NCBI GenBank assembly: GCA_035331565.1
Contig: DAOLKO010000004.1
Span: 239,802-303,801 of the forward strand
DNA from: Blastocatellia bacterium
Lineage (GTDB): Bacteria > Acidobacteriota > Blastocatellia > RBC074
Reading direction: 5' to 3'
Length of the DNA stretch: 64,000 bases
This document shows, in pieces, positions 9,552 to 19,229 of the stretch (within the stretch, counting starts at the first letter, position 1; every line of letters begins with the position of its first letter). The position numbers and the translations under genes are program-made. The notes under the pieces were generated by a model. It saw nothing but the letters and a program-made list of their open reading frames with translations. It had not been told where the DNA came from and made no database searches.

Positions 9552-10328
9552 ATGAACGATCACCTAAAATCCAACGTTTACGAGCGATGCGTCGCAGCTT
9601 GGGCGATTGAGGAATTTGATTTCATCGATATCACGGTCACTGCGAATGCGAAGATTCGCGGCCAAATCAGTGGTAGATATCGCCAAGTCGATGTCCTGTT
9701 GGAAGACAGAACCAAAGGCAACCCAAAAGCCCGCGTAATTGTGGAAGCCAAGCTACATGGTCGTCCTATAGATATCGAGGTTGTAGAAGCTACGGAAGCC
9801 AAGCTTCGTGATGTGAATGCCGCCCATGCGGTAATCGTGTCATCAGGTGGTTTCACCAAATCAGCAATTCGCCGTAGCGAAGAGTTCATTGAGTTGACGC
9901 TATTGGGTTACGATCAACTGGTTAACGAATACTCGGATGCGTTCGATAACTGTCTTGCTGATAGTAACTGCGACTTAGAACTTTTATGGTCTGTCGAAAA
10001 GATAGATGGAGCCGGTCCCGGCTGGCTTATGTACAAATACGGCAAGTGCCTCCGCTGCCACACGTTTCACATCCTTTGTCGTGACTGCGATAGCGAATTC
10101 CCAGTTCCAGATGGCCACACTGTGAGGTGTGGATGTGACGACCGAGAATGGGGGGCAATTCCAGAATCAGAAGCGTCAGGCCACACGGGCACTCCAGAGT
10201 CGACATGGCTAATGCTGAGGCTTAATGATGAATTCTACGGATTGCAAAGAAAACCCATTAGCAAGGTCACTTCTCAGATTAACCGGCACGAGAACCACGG
10301 AGGTTGTAATGGTAACGGCGCAAGCTGA
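9552..10328 (+). CDS. Mrr-cat-like restriction endonuclease-fold protein with C-terminal Cys-rich zinc-finger region
   Basis: PD-(D/E)XK-like motif (QVDVLLED...ARVIVEAK). C-terminal CLRCH...CRDCD...CGCD cysteine cluster. Local GC is about 48%, against about 60% in the flanks. Confidence 0.5.
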   Translation: MNDHLKSNVYERCVAAWAIEEFDFIDITVTANAKIRGQISGRYRQVDVLLEDRTKGNPKARVIVEAKLHGRPIDIEVVEATEAKLRDVNAAHAVIVSSGGFTKSAIRRSEEFIELTLLGYDQLVNEYSDAFDNCLADSNCDLELLWSVEKIDGAGPGWLMYKYGKCLRCHTFHILCRDCDSEFPVPDGHTVRCGCDDREWGAIPESEASGHTGTPESTWLMLRLNDEFYGLQRKPISKVTSQINRHENHGGCNGNGAS

Positions 10329-10914
10329 AGCACTTGAACCGAAAGCTTATAAATTGACCGTCGAGGAGTATTCCCGGATGGCGAAAATAGGCATTTTCGA
10401 CGGCAAGCGCGTGGAATTGATCGAAGGGGAGGTGATCGAGATGAGCGCGATGGGCAGACCGCACGTGATTGCGTTGAATAAAACGGCGGATTTGCTGAAG
10501 CGGATTTTCGCCGACGGCTGGTTCGTGCAGACGCAAGCGCCCTTGCGATTCGGCAAACGTTCGGAGCCGGAACCCGACATCGCCGTCATCAAAGGCAAAA
10601 TGGAAGATTACCCAACCGATCACCCAACCACTGCGGACTTAATTATCGAGGTGTCGGACCAAACCCTGAATTACGACCGCAAACGAAAAGCGAGCTTGTA
10701 CGCAAAGGCCGGGATCCAAGATTACTGGGTACTCAATCTCAAAAAGCATCAACTCGAAATTTTTCGCCGCCCCGTTCCCGACGCCGAAGCCCGGCACGGT
10801 TTCAGCTATGAGGATCAACAGGTGGTGAAAGAGAGCGAATCCGTCTCGCCGCTCATCAAACCCGATGCGGCAATTGCCGTCGCCGACTTATTGCCGCCGA
10901 CAAATTACAGATAG
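10309..10914 (+). CDS. Uma2 family (DUF820) PD-(D/E)XK endonuclease
   Basis: YTVEEY / ELIEGE / EPDIAV / DYxxK signature segments typical of Uma2/DUF820. Start is set at the internal Met (MVTAQAEALEPKAY). Confidence 0.65.
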   Translation: MVTAQAEALEPKAYKLTVEEYSRMAKIGIFDGKRVELIEGEVIEMSAMGRPHVIALNKTADLLKRIFADGWFVQTQAPLRFGKRSEPEPDIAVIKGKMEDYPTDHPTTADLIIEVSDQTLNYDRKRKASLYAKAGIQDYWVLNLKKHQLEIFRRPVPDAEARHGFSYEDQQVVKESESVSPLIKPDAAIAVADLLPPTNYR

Positions 10915-10922
10915 GGGTAAGT

Positions 10923-11528
10923 ATGGGAACGACTGTGTCGAAAACGCTGAAAACGGTTGTGATGGGACCGACGCCTCATCGCTGGACGCGCGATGAGTAT
11001 TACAAGATCGGCGAGCTTGGCTTTTTCGACGGCAAGCGCGTCGAATTGATCGAGGGGGAGGTGCTTGAAATGAGTCCTGTTTACAGCCCGCACGTCACGT
11101 CGGTTGTCGTCACGGCGGACATCTTTCGACTGGCGTTCGGCAAAGGCTGGGTTATTCGGGAAGAAAAGCCGATTAGCTTGGGGGCCAGTTCAGACCCGGA
11201 ACCTGACATTGCCGTCGTGGCCGGCAAAGCGCGCGATTACAAAGACGCTCATCCGACAACTGCGGCACTGGTGGTCGAGGTTTCCGATTCATCCTTGGCT
11301 TACGACAGAAATGAAAAAGCCGGCCTGTATGCCAAATCAGGCATCAAGGATTACTGGATCATCAACTTGCCGGATCGGCAGGTTGAAGTTTATCGCCGCC
11401 CGATTGCGGATAACGCGGCGGAGTTTGGATTCAGTTATGCCAACAAAATGATTTTCAAAGAGGGCAAGTCCGTCGCGCCGCTGGCCAAACCCAAAACCAA
11501 AATCGCCGTGGCGGAGTTATTGCCATAA
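10923..11528 (+). CDS. Uma2 family (DUF820) PD-(D/E)XK endonuclease (tandem paralogue)
   Basis: Paralogous to the preceding gene ([11 protein letters not shown]...VELIEGEV...EPDIAVV...[16 protein letters not shown]). Confidence 0.65.
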   Translation: MGTTVSKTLKTVVMGPTPHRWTRDEYYKIGELGFFDGKRVELIEGEVLEMSPVYSPHVTSVVVTADIFRLAFGKGWVIREEKPISLGASSDPEPDIAVVAGKARDYKDAHPTTAALVVEVSDSSLAYDRNEKAGLYAKSGIKDYWIINLPDRQVEVYRRPIADNAAEFGFSYANKMIFKEGKSVAPLAKPKTKIAVAELLP

Positions 11529-11550
11529 TTTATTTTCAAGGAGAAACACA

Positions 11551-12747
<1,197 letters not shown>

Positions 12748-12754
12748 ACAACTA

Positions 12755-12850
12755 TCCACGAAGTCACACGAAGATTCACGAAGGAATTTGCAAAACTGGC
12801 TCTTCAAGTTTCCTGAAAAACCTTCGTGCCGCTTTGTGTAACTTCGTGGA
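12755..12850. repeat. MITE-like palindromic intergenic element, copy A (CACGAAG-motif family)
   Basis: Inverted arms TCCACGAAGTCACACGAAGATTCACGAAGG ... CCTTCGTGCCGCTTTGTGTAACTTCGTGGA sit in the fadA-ACAD spacer. Related copies lie at 25488-25610 and 55815-55952. Confidence 0.6.
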
Positions 12851-12872
12851 TGAATTTTATAGGAGAGTAACC

Positions 12873-14657
12873 ATGGCAGCAGCACTCGGAAAAGAAGTCA
12901 TCAAAGGCGGCGCGTTTCTGCTTCAGGAAACGTTGCCCATCAGCGTGTATTCCCCGGAAGATTTCAACGACGAACAGAAATTGATCGGGCAAACCACAAC
13001 CGAATTTTTCGACAAGGAAATCATTCCCAACAGCGACAAGATCGAAAGCAAGGATTACGAAATCCAGCGCGAACTCATCAAAAAAGGCGCGGACCTCGGC
13101 TTGATTAATGCCAGCATTCCCGAAGAGTACGAAGGCCTCGAACTCGATCACGTCTCGAACATGCTCATCGCCGAAAACATGTCCGGGCAGGCGTCGTTTT
13201 CCACTGGTTTCGGTGCGACCAGCAGCATCGGCCTCTTGCCGATTGTGTTGTTCGGCACGCACGAACAAAAGAAAAAGTATTTGCCGAAGATCGGCTCCGG
13301 CGAATGGATCGGCGCGTATTGCCTGAGCGAATCCGGTTCCGGTTCGGACGCGCTGGCGGCCAAATCCACTGCGCGTTTGAGCGAAGACGGTCAGCACTGG
13401 ATTCTGAACGGCGAAAAAATGTGGATCACCAATGGCGGCTTCGGCGATGTCTTCACGGTTTTTGCCAAAGTGGACGGCCAGCATTTCACGGGCTTCATTG
13501 TCGAACGCAACGATGCCGGCCTCAGCAACGGCAACGAAGAACACAAGCTCGGCCAGCGCGGCTCTTCGACTACGCCGATTCTGATGCAGGATTGCAAAAT
13601 CCCTAAAGATCGTTTGCTTGGCGAAATCGGCAAAGGCCATTTGATCGCCTTCAACGTGCTGAATTTTGGCCGCATCAAAATGGGCGCAGGAGCCATCGGC
13701 GGCGGCAAGCGCGTGTTGTCGCAAGCCGCGAAGTATGCCGCGCAACGCCATCAGTTCGGACGTTCAATCGCCACGTTCGGCGCGATCAAATATAAGCTGG
13801 CAGAAATGCTGGCGCGGTTGTATGCGGGCGAATCCGCCGTTTATCGCACCGCCGGCATGATCGAAACCAAGGAAGAAACGATTGATAAAAAGAATCCGGC
13901 AGAATTGATGAAAGCCATTGAGGAATACGCCATCGAGTGCGCCATCATCAAAGTCGCCGGCACCGAAACGCTGTTTTATTGCGCTGATGAAAACGTGCAG
14001 ATTCACGGCGGCAACGGCTTTACCGAAGATTACCCGGCTGAAGGCGTGTATCGCGATTGCCGCGTCAACCGCATTTACGAAGGCACGAACGAAATCAACC
14101 GCCTGTTGATTCCCGGCCAACTCATCAAACGCGCCATGAAAGGCGGCTTGCCGCTGTTCCAGGCCGCGATGAAGCTGCAAGAAGAATTGCTGGCCGGGCC
14201 GTCGTTCGATATGGACGAAGACGATTCGCCGCTGGCAAACGAACGCAAACTGGCCGCCAACGCCAAAAAAATCGCCCTGATGCTGATCGGTTCCGCCGCG
14301 CAGAAATTCCAGGCCGCGCTGACCGAACAGCAAATGATTTTGAGCTGGGCGGCAGATGTCATTATCGAAGCTTTCCAGATTGACAGCGCCATTGGCCGCA
14401 CCATCAAGCTGATTGACCGCGACGGCGCGGACAAACACAGCTACGCGATTGATGCGACCAGGCTCTACACGCACGACGCCATCCTCCGCATCGAAGTCGC
14501 CGCGAAAAACGCGCTGGCCGCGATTGCCGAAGGCGACGAACTGCGTGTGATGCTGGTGGCGTTGCGCCGCCTGACCAAACAAGACCCCATCAACACCGCT
14601 GCCATCCGCGAACGACTGGCCGACAAAGTCGTCGAAGCGGGCGGCTATATTTTCTAG
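12873..14657 (+). CDS. fadE: acyl-CoA dehydrogenase, large (about 594 aa) FadE/AcdA type with ACAD C-terminal domain
   Basis: ACAD motifs (YCLSESGSGSDA, ITNGG, GGNGFTEDYPAEGVYRDCRVNRIYEGTNEI). AGGAGAG RBS 6 nt upstream of the ATG at 12873. Confidence 0.85.
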   Translation: MAAALGKEVIKGGAFLLQETLPISVYSPEDFNDEQKLIGQTTTEFFDKEIIPNSDKIESKDYEIQRELIKKGADLGLINASIPEEYEGLELDHVSNMLIAENMSGQASFSTGFGATSSIGLLPIVLFGTHEQKKKYLPKIGSGEWIGAYCLSESGSGSDALAAKSTARLSEDGQHWILNGEKMWITNGGFGDVFTVFAKVDGQHFTGFIVERNDAGLSNGNEEHKLGQRGSSTTPILMQDCKIPKDRLLGEIGKGHLIAFNVLNFGRIKMGAGAIGGGKRVLSQAAKYAAQRHQFGRSIATFGAIKYKLAEMLARLYAGESAVYRTAGMIETKEETIDKKNPAELMKAIEEYAIECAIIKVAGTETLFYCADENVQIHGGNGFTEDYPAEGVYRDCRVNRIYEGTNEINRLLIPGQLIKRAMKGGLPLFQAAMKLQEELLAGPSFDMDEDDSPLANERKLAANAKKIALMLIGSAAQKFQAALTEQQMILSWAADVIIEAFQIDSAIGRTIKLIDRDGADKHSYAIDATRLYTHDAILRIEVAAKNALAAIAEGDELRVMLVALRRLTKQDPINTAAIRERLADKVVEAGGYIF

Positions 14658-14683
14658 AGCTTGTGACGCAATCGCTTTAACCA

Positions 14684-14731
14684 GAATTCGCCCATCAATC
14701 TTTCCGATTGAAAAGATTGATGGGCGAATTC
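14684..14731 (+). terminator. Rho-independent terminator-like hairpin closing the fad operon
   Basis: Perfect 20-bp stem GAATTCGCCCATCAATCTTT / AAAGATTGATGGGCGAATTC with a 7-8 nt loop, 27 nt after the ACAD stop, followed by a T-rich stretch. Confidence 0.6.
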
Positions 14732-14801
14732 TCTTCAAAACTCTATCCATCGAGCGACGACCCATGGTTGCAGTTATAATTGCGTATCGAAAAAGGAGGC
14801 A

Positions 14802-15179
14802 ATGAAGATGTCAACGCAAACAATGGAACTGACGGTTGAAAACATTCTCTCGCTGATTGAAAAACTTTCCCTGCCCGACAAACTCAGATTGCGTAGTGCG
14901 CTCAATCAAACCGTGAAAGCGCCTTCCGCCGTTAAAGCGCCACTCGACAAGCGAGTGCCGTGCGAGCCAATGCCGGACAGAGCGCGCGAAAGGCAATGGG
15001 TGAAAGATCATAAGCACGAATATGCTGGTCAGTGGGTGGCGCTGGATGGCGACCAGCTTATTGCTGCCAGTTTCACTCAGCAGGAAGTCTGGGACACAAT
15101 CAATGCCGATAGTCCAAATCCGCCGCTGGTTTTGCGCGTGGCGTCTCCCGATGATCTGCCTTATGTCGGCATTCTTTGA
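14802..15179 (+). CDS. DUF5678-domain protein (antitoxin-like small protein)
   Basis: C-terminal YAGQWVALDGDQLIAAS matches the DUF5678 core. N-terminal helical segment TVENILSLIEKLSLPDKLRL. GGAGG RBS upstream. The stop overlaps the start of the next gene. Confidence 0.45.
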   Translation: MKMSTQTMELTVENILSLIEKLSLPDKLRLRSALNQTVKAPSAVKAPLDKRVPCEPMPDRARERQWVKDHKHEYAGQWVALDGDQLIAASFTQQEVWDTINADSPNPPLVLRVASPDDLPYVGIL

Positions 15180-15592
15180 AGTTTATGAAACAACTCAATT
15201 TCGATCAGGAATACGCTTACCCGGATGATGAGGAAGGTATCTCCATCGCAGTAAAGCTGGCTTATGCCGGACGTCGCTTTGAGGTGTTAGCCAAAGTAGA
15301 CCCAGGCGCTGCCGTCTGTCTTTTCAGTCGTGAAGTTGGATTGAAACTCGGCATTCCGATTGAGCAAGGAGAGCTGATCCGCCTTGGCACGCTGGGCGGT
15401 TCTCTGGAAGCCTTCGGCCACGAAGTGACGCTGCAAACGGGCGACATCGCGTTTCAGAGTTTTGTCTATTTCGCCAAATATTCTGGCTTGCAACGCAATC
15501 TGCTTGGGCGGCGCGGCTGGTTGCGCAACTTGCGGTTGGGCCTGATTGATTACGACAACCTGCTTTATCTGAGCGCCTACGATTCCAATTGA
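15176..15592 (+). CDS. retropepsin-like (clan AA) aspartic protease-fold protein, non-canonical DPG active-site variant
   Basis: AKVDPGAAVCLFSREVGLKLGI follows the retropepsin hhhDTGAs...LGL pattern but has DPG instead of DTG/DSG. The ORF track begins at a TTG at 15176; the first ATG is at 15185. Confidence 0.4.
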   Translation: MKFMKQLNFDQEYAYPDDEEGISIAVKLAYAGRRFEVLAKVDPGAAVCLFSREVGLKLGIPIEQGELIRLGTLGGSLEAFGHEVTLQTGDIAFQSFVYFAKYSGLQRNLLGRRGWLRNLRLGLIDYDNLLYLSAYDSN

Positions 15593-15593
15593 G

Positions 15594-15830
15594 ATGACGA
15601 CAAATTTTCAAATCATTGATGCCTGGGTGCAGCCGGCGCAGCGCGAAGCTTTCGAGAAGCTGCCGGAAGTCACCGCCCCAAACGTGATGGCCACGATTGC
15701 CGAAGGCGACGAACTGCGCGTGATGCTGGTGGCCTTGCGCCGCCTGACCAAACAAGACCCAATCAACACCGCTGCCCTCCGCGAACGTCTGTCAGATAAA
15801 GTCGTCGAAGCGGGCGGCTATATTTTCTAA
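15594..15830 (+). pseudogene. relic of the acyl-CoA dehydrogenase C-terminal domain (mosaic fragment)
   Basis: The last about 150 nt (15683-15830) are about 90% identical to the 3' end of the resident ACAD gene (14510-14657), encoding IAEGDELRVMLVALRRLTKQDPINTAALRERLSDKVVEAGGYIF. The 5' part, AWVQPAQREAFEKLPEV, corresponds to a diverged ACAD SWAADVIIEAFQID segment and is about 96% identical to a second relic at 51720-51770. Confidence 0.55.
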
Positions 15831-15838
15831 ACCAGATC

Positions 15839-15879
15839 AAAGCCTCAAGCACATACGCTACTTGTGTGCTTGAGGCTTT
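15839..15879 (+). terminator. hairpin terminator (AAAGCCTCAAGCACA...TGTGCTTGAGGCTTT)
   Basis: 15-bp perfect stem, 11-nt loop, followed by CTGTTCC. Confidence 0.5.
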
Positions 15880-15909
15880 CTGTTCCCGCCAACTCTTGCC
15901 AATCAACCT

Positions 15910-15971
15910 GATGTTGGGACACTTTTGGAGTGCGGTTGCTTGAAACCGCACTCCAAAAGTGTCCCAACATC
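15910..15971. terminator. 27-bp-stem palindrome between convergent genes (bidirectional terminator candidate)
   Basis: GATGTTGGGACACTTTTGGAGTGCGGTT gcttgaa AACCGCACTCCAAAAGTGTCCCAACATC, immediately 3' of the minus-strand BNR protein gene. Confidence 0.5.
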
Positions 15972-15995
15972 AGCGGCGGTACTGATTCGGCTATT

Positions 15996-18900
15996 TTATT
16001 TGATTCGAATGCGAACCGTGTTTGCCGTCAGGCCGTCAACGACGACCGTAACATCCACTTCGCCGCGCCCGATCAGCGTGCGCGGCAACAGCACGTTGAT
16101 TTGATCCAGACCGGTAAAGCCCGGCGCTTCGCTTGCGTAATCAGCGGGCAACGCCACGCCGCCCACCGTCACACGCACTGCGGACAGATTCGACCTTCGC
16201 CGCACGCCGGAGCCATAAAGCGCCAGGACGACTTGATCGGTTGCCGGTCCCAAATCAATTTCCGCCGGGACGAATTGATTGCCGGTGCTGTCGAATTGCG
16301 CGACCGGAAAGTAAGTCAGCGTGCCATTGCGCACGCGCACGGCTTGCGCGGCGGGAACGCCGCGTCCGCTGGCGTTGGCGGTGAAAAGCGCAGGCGCAAC
16401 CCGGCTGACGGTTTCAAGTCCGAACGCCGTTGCGCCGTTGCCGCTGGTGATTTTCACACTGACGTTGCCCGGTGCGACGGCGGCCGGCATCAGATAATTG
16501 ACCTGCCCCGGCGAAACGAAAAACAGCGGCGCGAGATGTTCGACGCCGGCTGAATCCGTCAACCGCACTGTAGTTCCGGCCAGTTGCGTCGGCAGAGGTA
16601 AGGTGGTCGCGGCTTGTGTGGCCGTCGCCAGATTGTTGCCGAAGGCCGCGACTATGCTTTCCAAGGCCAGCGCAGAGCGGCTAAAACTGGCCGCCGAAAC
16701 GGTGGTTGTGGCGTCAGGCAAATTCAAACGGAACATTCCGCGTCCGTGAGTGGCGACCACTATGCTGCGTGTGGCCGCGTGGTAACGAACCATAAACGAC
16801 GCCACGCGCGGCATACCGTTGCTCAGCCGCACCCAGTTCGCGCCTCCGTTAGTGGTTTGAAACACGCCGATGTCAGTGCCGATGAACAGCGAATTCTCGA
16901 TCATCGGATCCACAGCCACCGAAGTGACCGGCACATCCGGCAAATCGCCGCTGATGTCGCGCCAGCTCGCGCCTTGATTGTCTGTGACAAAGACGTGGCC
17001 GGGCGTGGTTGGCGTGGCCAGATTGAAGCCGGAATAGACGACATAAGCGCGATTGGTGTTGGCGGGAGACATTGCGATGTCGGTGATGAAGCGATTGGGC
17101 AGCGGCGCTTTGGTGACGTTGGTGAACGCGGCTTCGGCGAGTTTGCCGGCGTTGGTCGTCACTTGCACGTTGCCGTCGCTGGTTCCCACCCAAACGATTT
17201 CGCCGGGCGGCGTCGTGCTGTTGTCCAGCTTCGGATGCGCAGTCATAACAGTCACAGTGCCCGCGCCTTTCGACAAATCCTGTCCGAAGCCGTCCGCGCT
17301 CGGCCCCAGTCCAGTCCAGGTCACTCCCAGATCGGGTGAGCGGTAAACTCGCTGCGTTCCCCAGTAAATGACATTATTCGGTTCGGCGAAGCCCGTGTGC
17401 AGATTCATCGGCGAATAAAACCGCACGCGATCGTTGACGTTCATTCGTCCGGGCGCGACGGCGCAATTACGGCAGCCGCGATCCACGAAACTGTCACCGC
17501 CGTTAGTTGACAGGCGTGGGCCGAAACTGGCTGTGGTCGTGCCGGCGGCAGCGTTGTTCTGTGTGGATTGCCAAACGATGTTCGGCTTCGATTGGTCAAC
17601 CAGCGCGAAGCCGCCGTCGCCGCCGAAAATGCGCGTCCAGGCCGCAGTGCCTGTGAAGCGGTTGGTCCCGTTGTCCTGCGTGCCGCCGACCAAAAAGTCA
17701 GGGTTGGTCGGATGCATAGCCACGCCCTGAAACTGCACCGTGTTGAGCGTCTGATTCAGGTTCACCCAGGGAATGGTCGCGGCTTTGGCGTTGTCCGTGC
17801 GCCAGATGCCGCCGTCATTGGCGAGGAAGAAAATGTTCGGATTGGCACGGCTGACCGTGCTGTCATGTTGATCCACGTGAACGCCGCCGTCGCCGGTGCC
17901 GTTGACTTGCGTCGTCCAGGTCGCGCCGCCGTCCAGGCTGCGATAAAAATTGACCGCCCCCAGATACATCACATTCGCGTCGGATGGATCCACCGAAAAC
18001 GTCCAGTTGTAGCCGGCCTGACCGATGTTCGGCGGATTGGTCGGCGTCGCCTGCCAGTTTTCGCCATTGTCCGTCGAACGGAAAATGCCGTTGATGCCGT
18101 CGCCGTTGGCGATGGCGGCGTAATAGGTCGCAAACGTCGAAGGCGCAATAGGCGGCCCCAGCGTCAAATCAATGCGCCCCACGTTGGCTGACGGCAGACC
18201 GCCCGCCAGCAATTGCCAGGTGTCGCCGCCGTTGCGCGAACGATAAATGCCGCGCCCGTTCAGTGCAGCGTAAATTACGCTTGAATTCTGCGGATCGAAA
18301 ATCAGATCGTTGGCCGTAACGACGGTGTTGTTGCCTGCGACATCCAGAAAGCGCCAGGTTTCGCCGCCGTCCGTTGACTTCCACACGCCGCGCTGTCCAG
18401 CGGCATAACCCGTGATGCCGCCTCCGCCCGAAGGCCCGTAAGTCGTCGCCGTGCGCGTGCAAAGATAGATCGTCTGCGTGTTCGACGGATCAATGCCGAC
18501 GCGCATAATCGCCACGCCCTGAAAGGCCGGCACTTGCGGCGCGATGGCCGAAAGCGGCCCGGAAATCAATCGCCAGTTGTTGCCGCCGTCAGTGCTTTTG
18601 AGCAGACCTGCGCCGTAATAACAATCGCCGCTGGCATTGCCTTCGCCGGTTCCGGCATAAATCACATTGGGATTGGTGGGATCAATCGCCAGCGAGCCTA
18701 TGGCCAGCGAGGCTTCGCCGTCGGCAATCGGCGTCCAGTTCGCGCCGTTGTCCGTGGTGCGCCAGATGCCGCCTTGCGCCGTGCCCAGATAAAGCGTCTG
18801 GTTGGTCGTGCCGTTGTAATTCGGATGCAGCGCGATGGCCGTCGCACGCCCTGACACAGGACGTTGCGGCGTGCCGGTGTTACCGTTGGAAATCGGTTGC

Positions 18901-19229
18901 GGCCCCAGCGGCTGCCATTTGGGCTGACTCTGTTCGATGATTTCGGCTGCTTCCGCGCCATAGAGCCTGCGTAATTCCGCCGCGCGCAAAGCTTCGGTTC
19001 GTTCCAACTGTTCGACGGCTTCGGCGCGCGCGCCGAGCGGGATGTCTTTCAAAGGATAAGCGCGTTGTTCGACGAACCATTCGTCGGCTTTGGCCTTTTC
19101 GTCACCGGTTTCGACTTCGGCTTCGACCCGTGGCGCGTGCCCGGTCAACGCGCTCGCCAGAAACGCCAGTACCAGAACGAAGGGAAGAACTCGCGAAAAG
19201 AAAGCGCAAAGATGCCTGGTTGAATTCAT
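15996..19229 (-). CDS. large secreted BNR/Asp-box beta-propeller repeat protein with Solibacter-type C-terminal domain (Soli_cterm-like)
   Basis: More than 8 S/T-x-D-x-G-x-T-W repeats (e.g. GIWRTTDNGANWTPI, VWKSTDGGETWRFL, IYRSRNGGDTWQLL). Signal peptide after the start MNSTRHLCAFFSRVLPFVLVLAFLASALTG; GGAGA RBS. The last about 215 aa (...APGFTGLDQINVLLP...VRIRIK) resemble TIGR03437. Confidence 0.7.
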   Translation of the reverse strand: MNSTRHLCAFFSRVLPFVLVLAFLASALTGHAPRVEAEVETGDEKAKADEWFVEQRAYPLKDIPLGARAEAVEQLERTEALRAAELRRLYGAEAAEIIEQSQPKWQPLGPQPISNGNTGTPQRPVSGRATAIALHPNYNGTTNQTLYLGTAQGGIWRTTDNGANWTPIADGEASLAIGSLAIDPTNPNVIYAGTGEGNASGDCYYGAGLLKSTDGGNNWRLISGPLSAIAPQVPAFQGVAIMRVGIDPSNTQTIYLCTRTATTYGPSGGGGITGYAAGQRGVWKSTDGGETWRFLDVAGNNTVVTANDLIFDPQNSSVIYAALNGRGIYRSRNGGDTWQLLAGGLPSANVGRIDLTLGPPIAPSTFATYYAAIANGDGINGIFRSTDNGENWQATPTNPPNIGQAGYNWTFSVDPSDANVMYLGAVNFYRSLDGGATWTTQVNGTGDGGVHVDQHDSTVSRANPNIFFLANDGGIWRTDNAKAATIPWVNLNQTLNTVQFQGVAMHPTNPDFLVGGTQDNGTNRFTGTAAWTRIFGGDGGFALVDQSKPNIVWQSTQNNAAAGTTTASFGPRLSTNGGDSFVDRGCRNCAVAPGRMNVNDRVRFYSPMNLHTGFAEPNNVIYWGTQRVYRSPDLGVTWTGLGPSADGFGQDLSKGAGTVTVMTAHPKLDNSTTPPGEIVWVGTSDGNVQVTTNAGKLAEAAFTNVTKAPLPNRFITDIAMSPANTNRAYVVYSGFNLATPTTPGHVFVTDNQGASWRDISGDLPDVPVTSVAVDPMIENSLFIGTDIGVFQTTNGGANWVRLSNGMPRVASFMVRYHAATRSIVVATHGRGMFRLNLPDATTTVSAASFSRSALALESIVAAFGNNLATATQAATTLPLPTQLAGTTVRLTDSAGVEHLAPLFFVSPGQVNYLMPAAVAPGNVSVKITSGNGATAFGLETVSRVAPALFTANASGRGVPAAQAVRVRNGTLTYFPVAQFDSTGNQFVPAEIDLGPATDQVVLALYGSGVRRRSNLSAVRVTVGGVALPADYASEAPGFTGLDQINVLLPRTLIGRGEVDVTVVVDGLTANTVRIRIK

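Noticed and set aside
12804-14765. Two long minus-strand ORFs (315 and 333 aa) overlapping the ACAD gene
   Set aside because: Antisense to a strongly supported ACAD CDS, with no domain signatures.
15594-15830. Intact small gene encoding a 78-aa protein
   Set aside because: Both halves are explained as diverged pieces of the ACAD C-terminal domain, with an internal deletion relative to ACAD. It is more parsimonious as a relic or pseudogene than as an independent gene.
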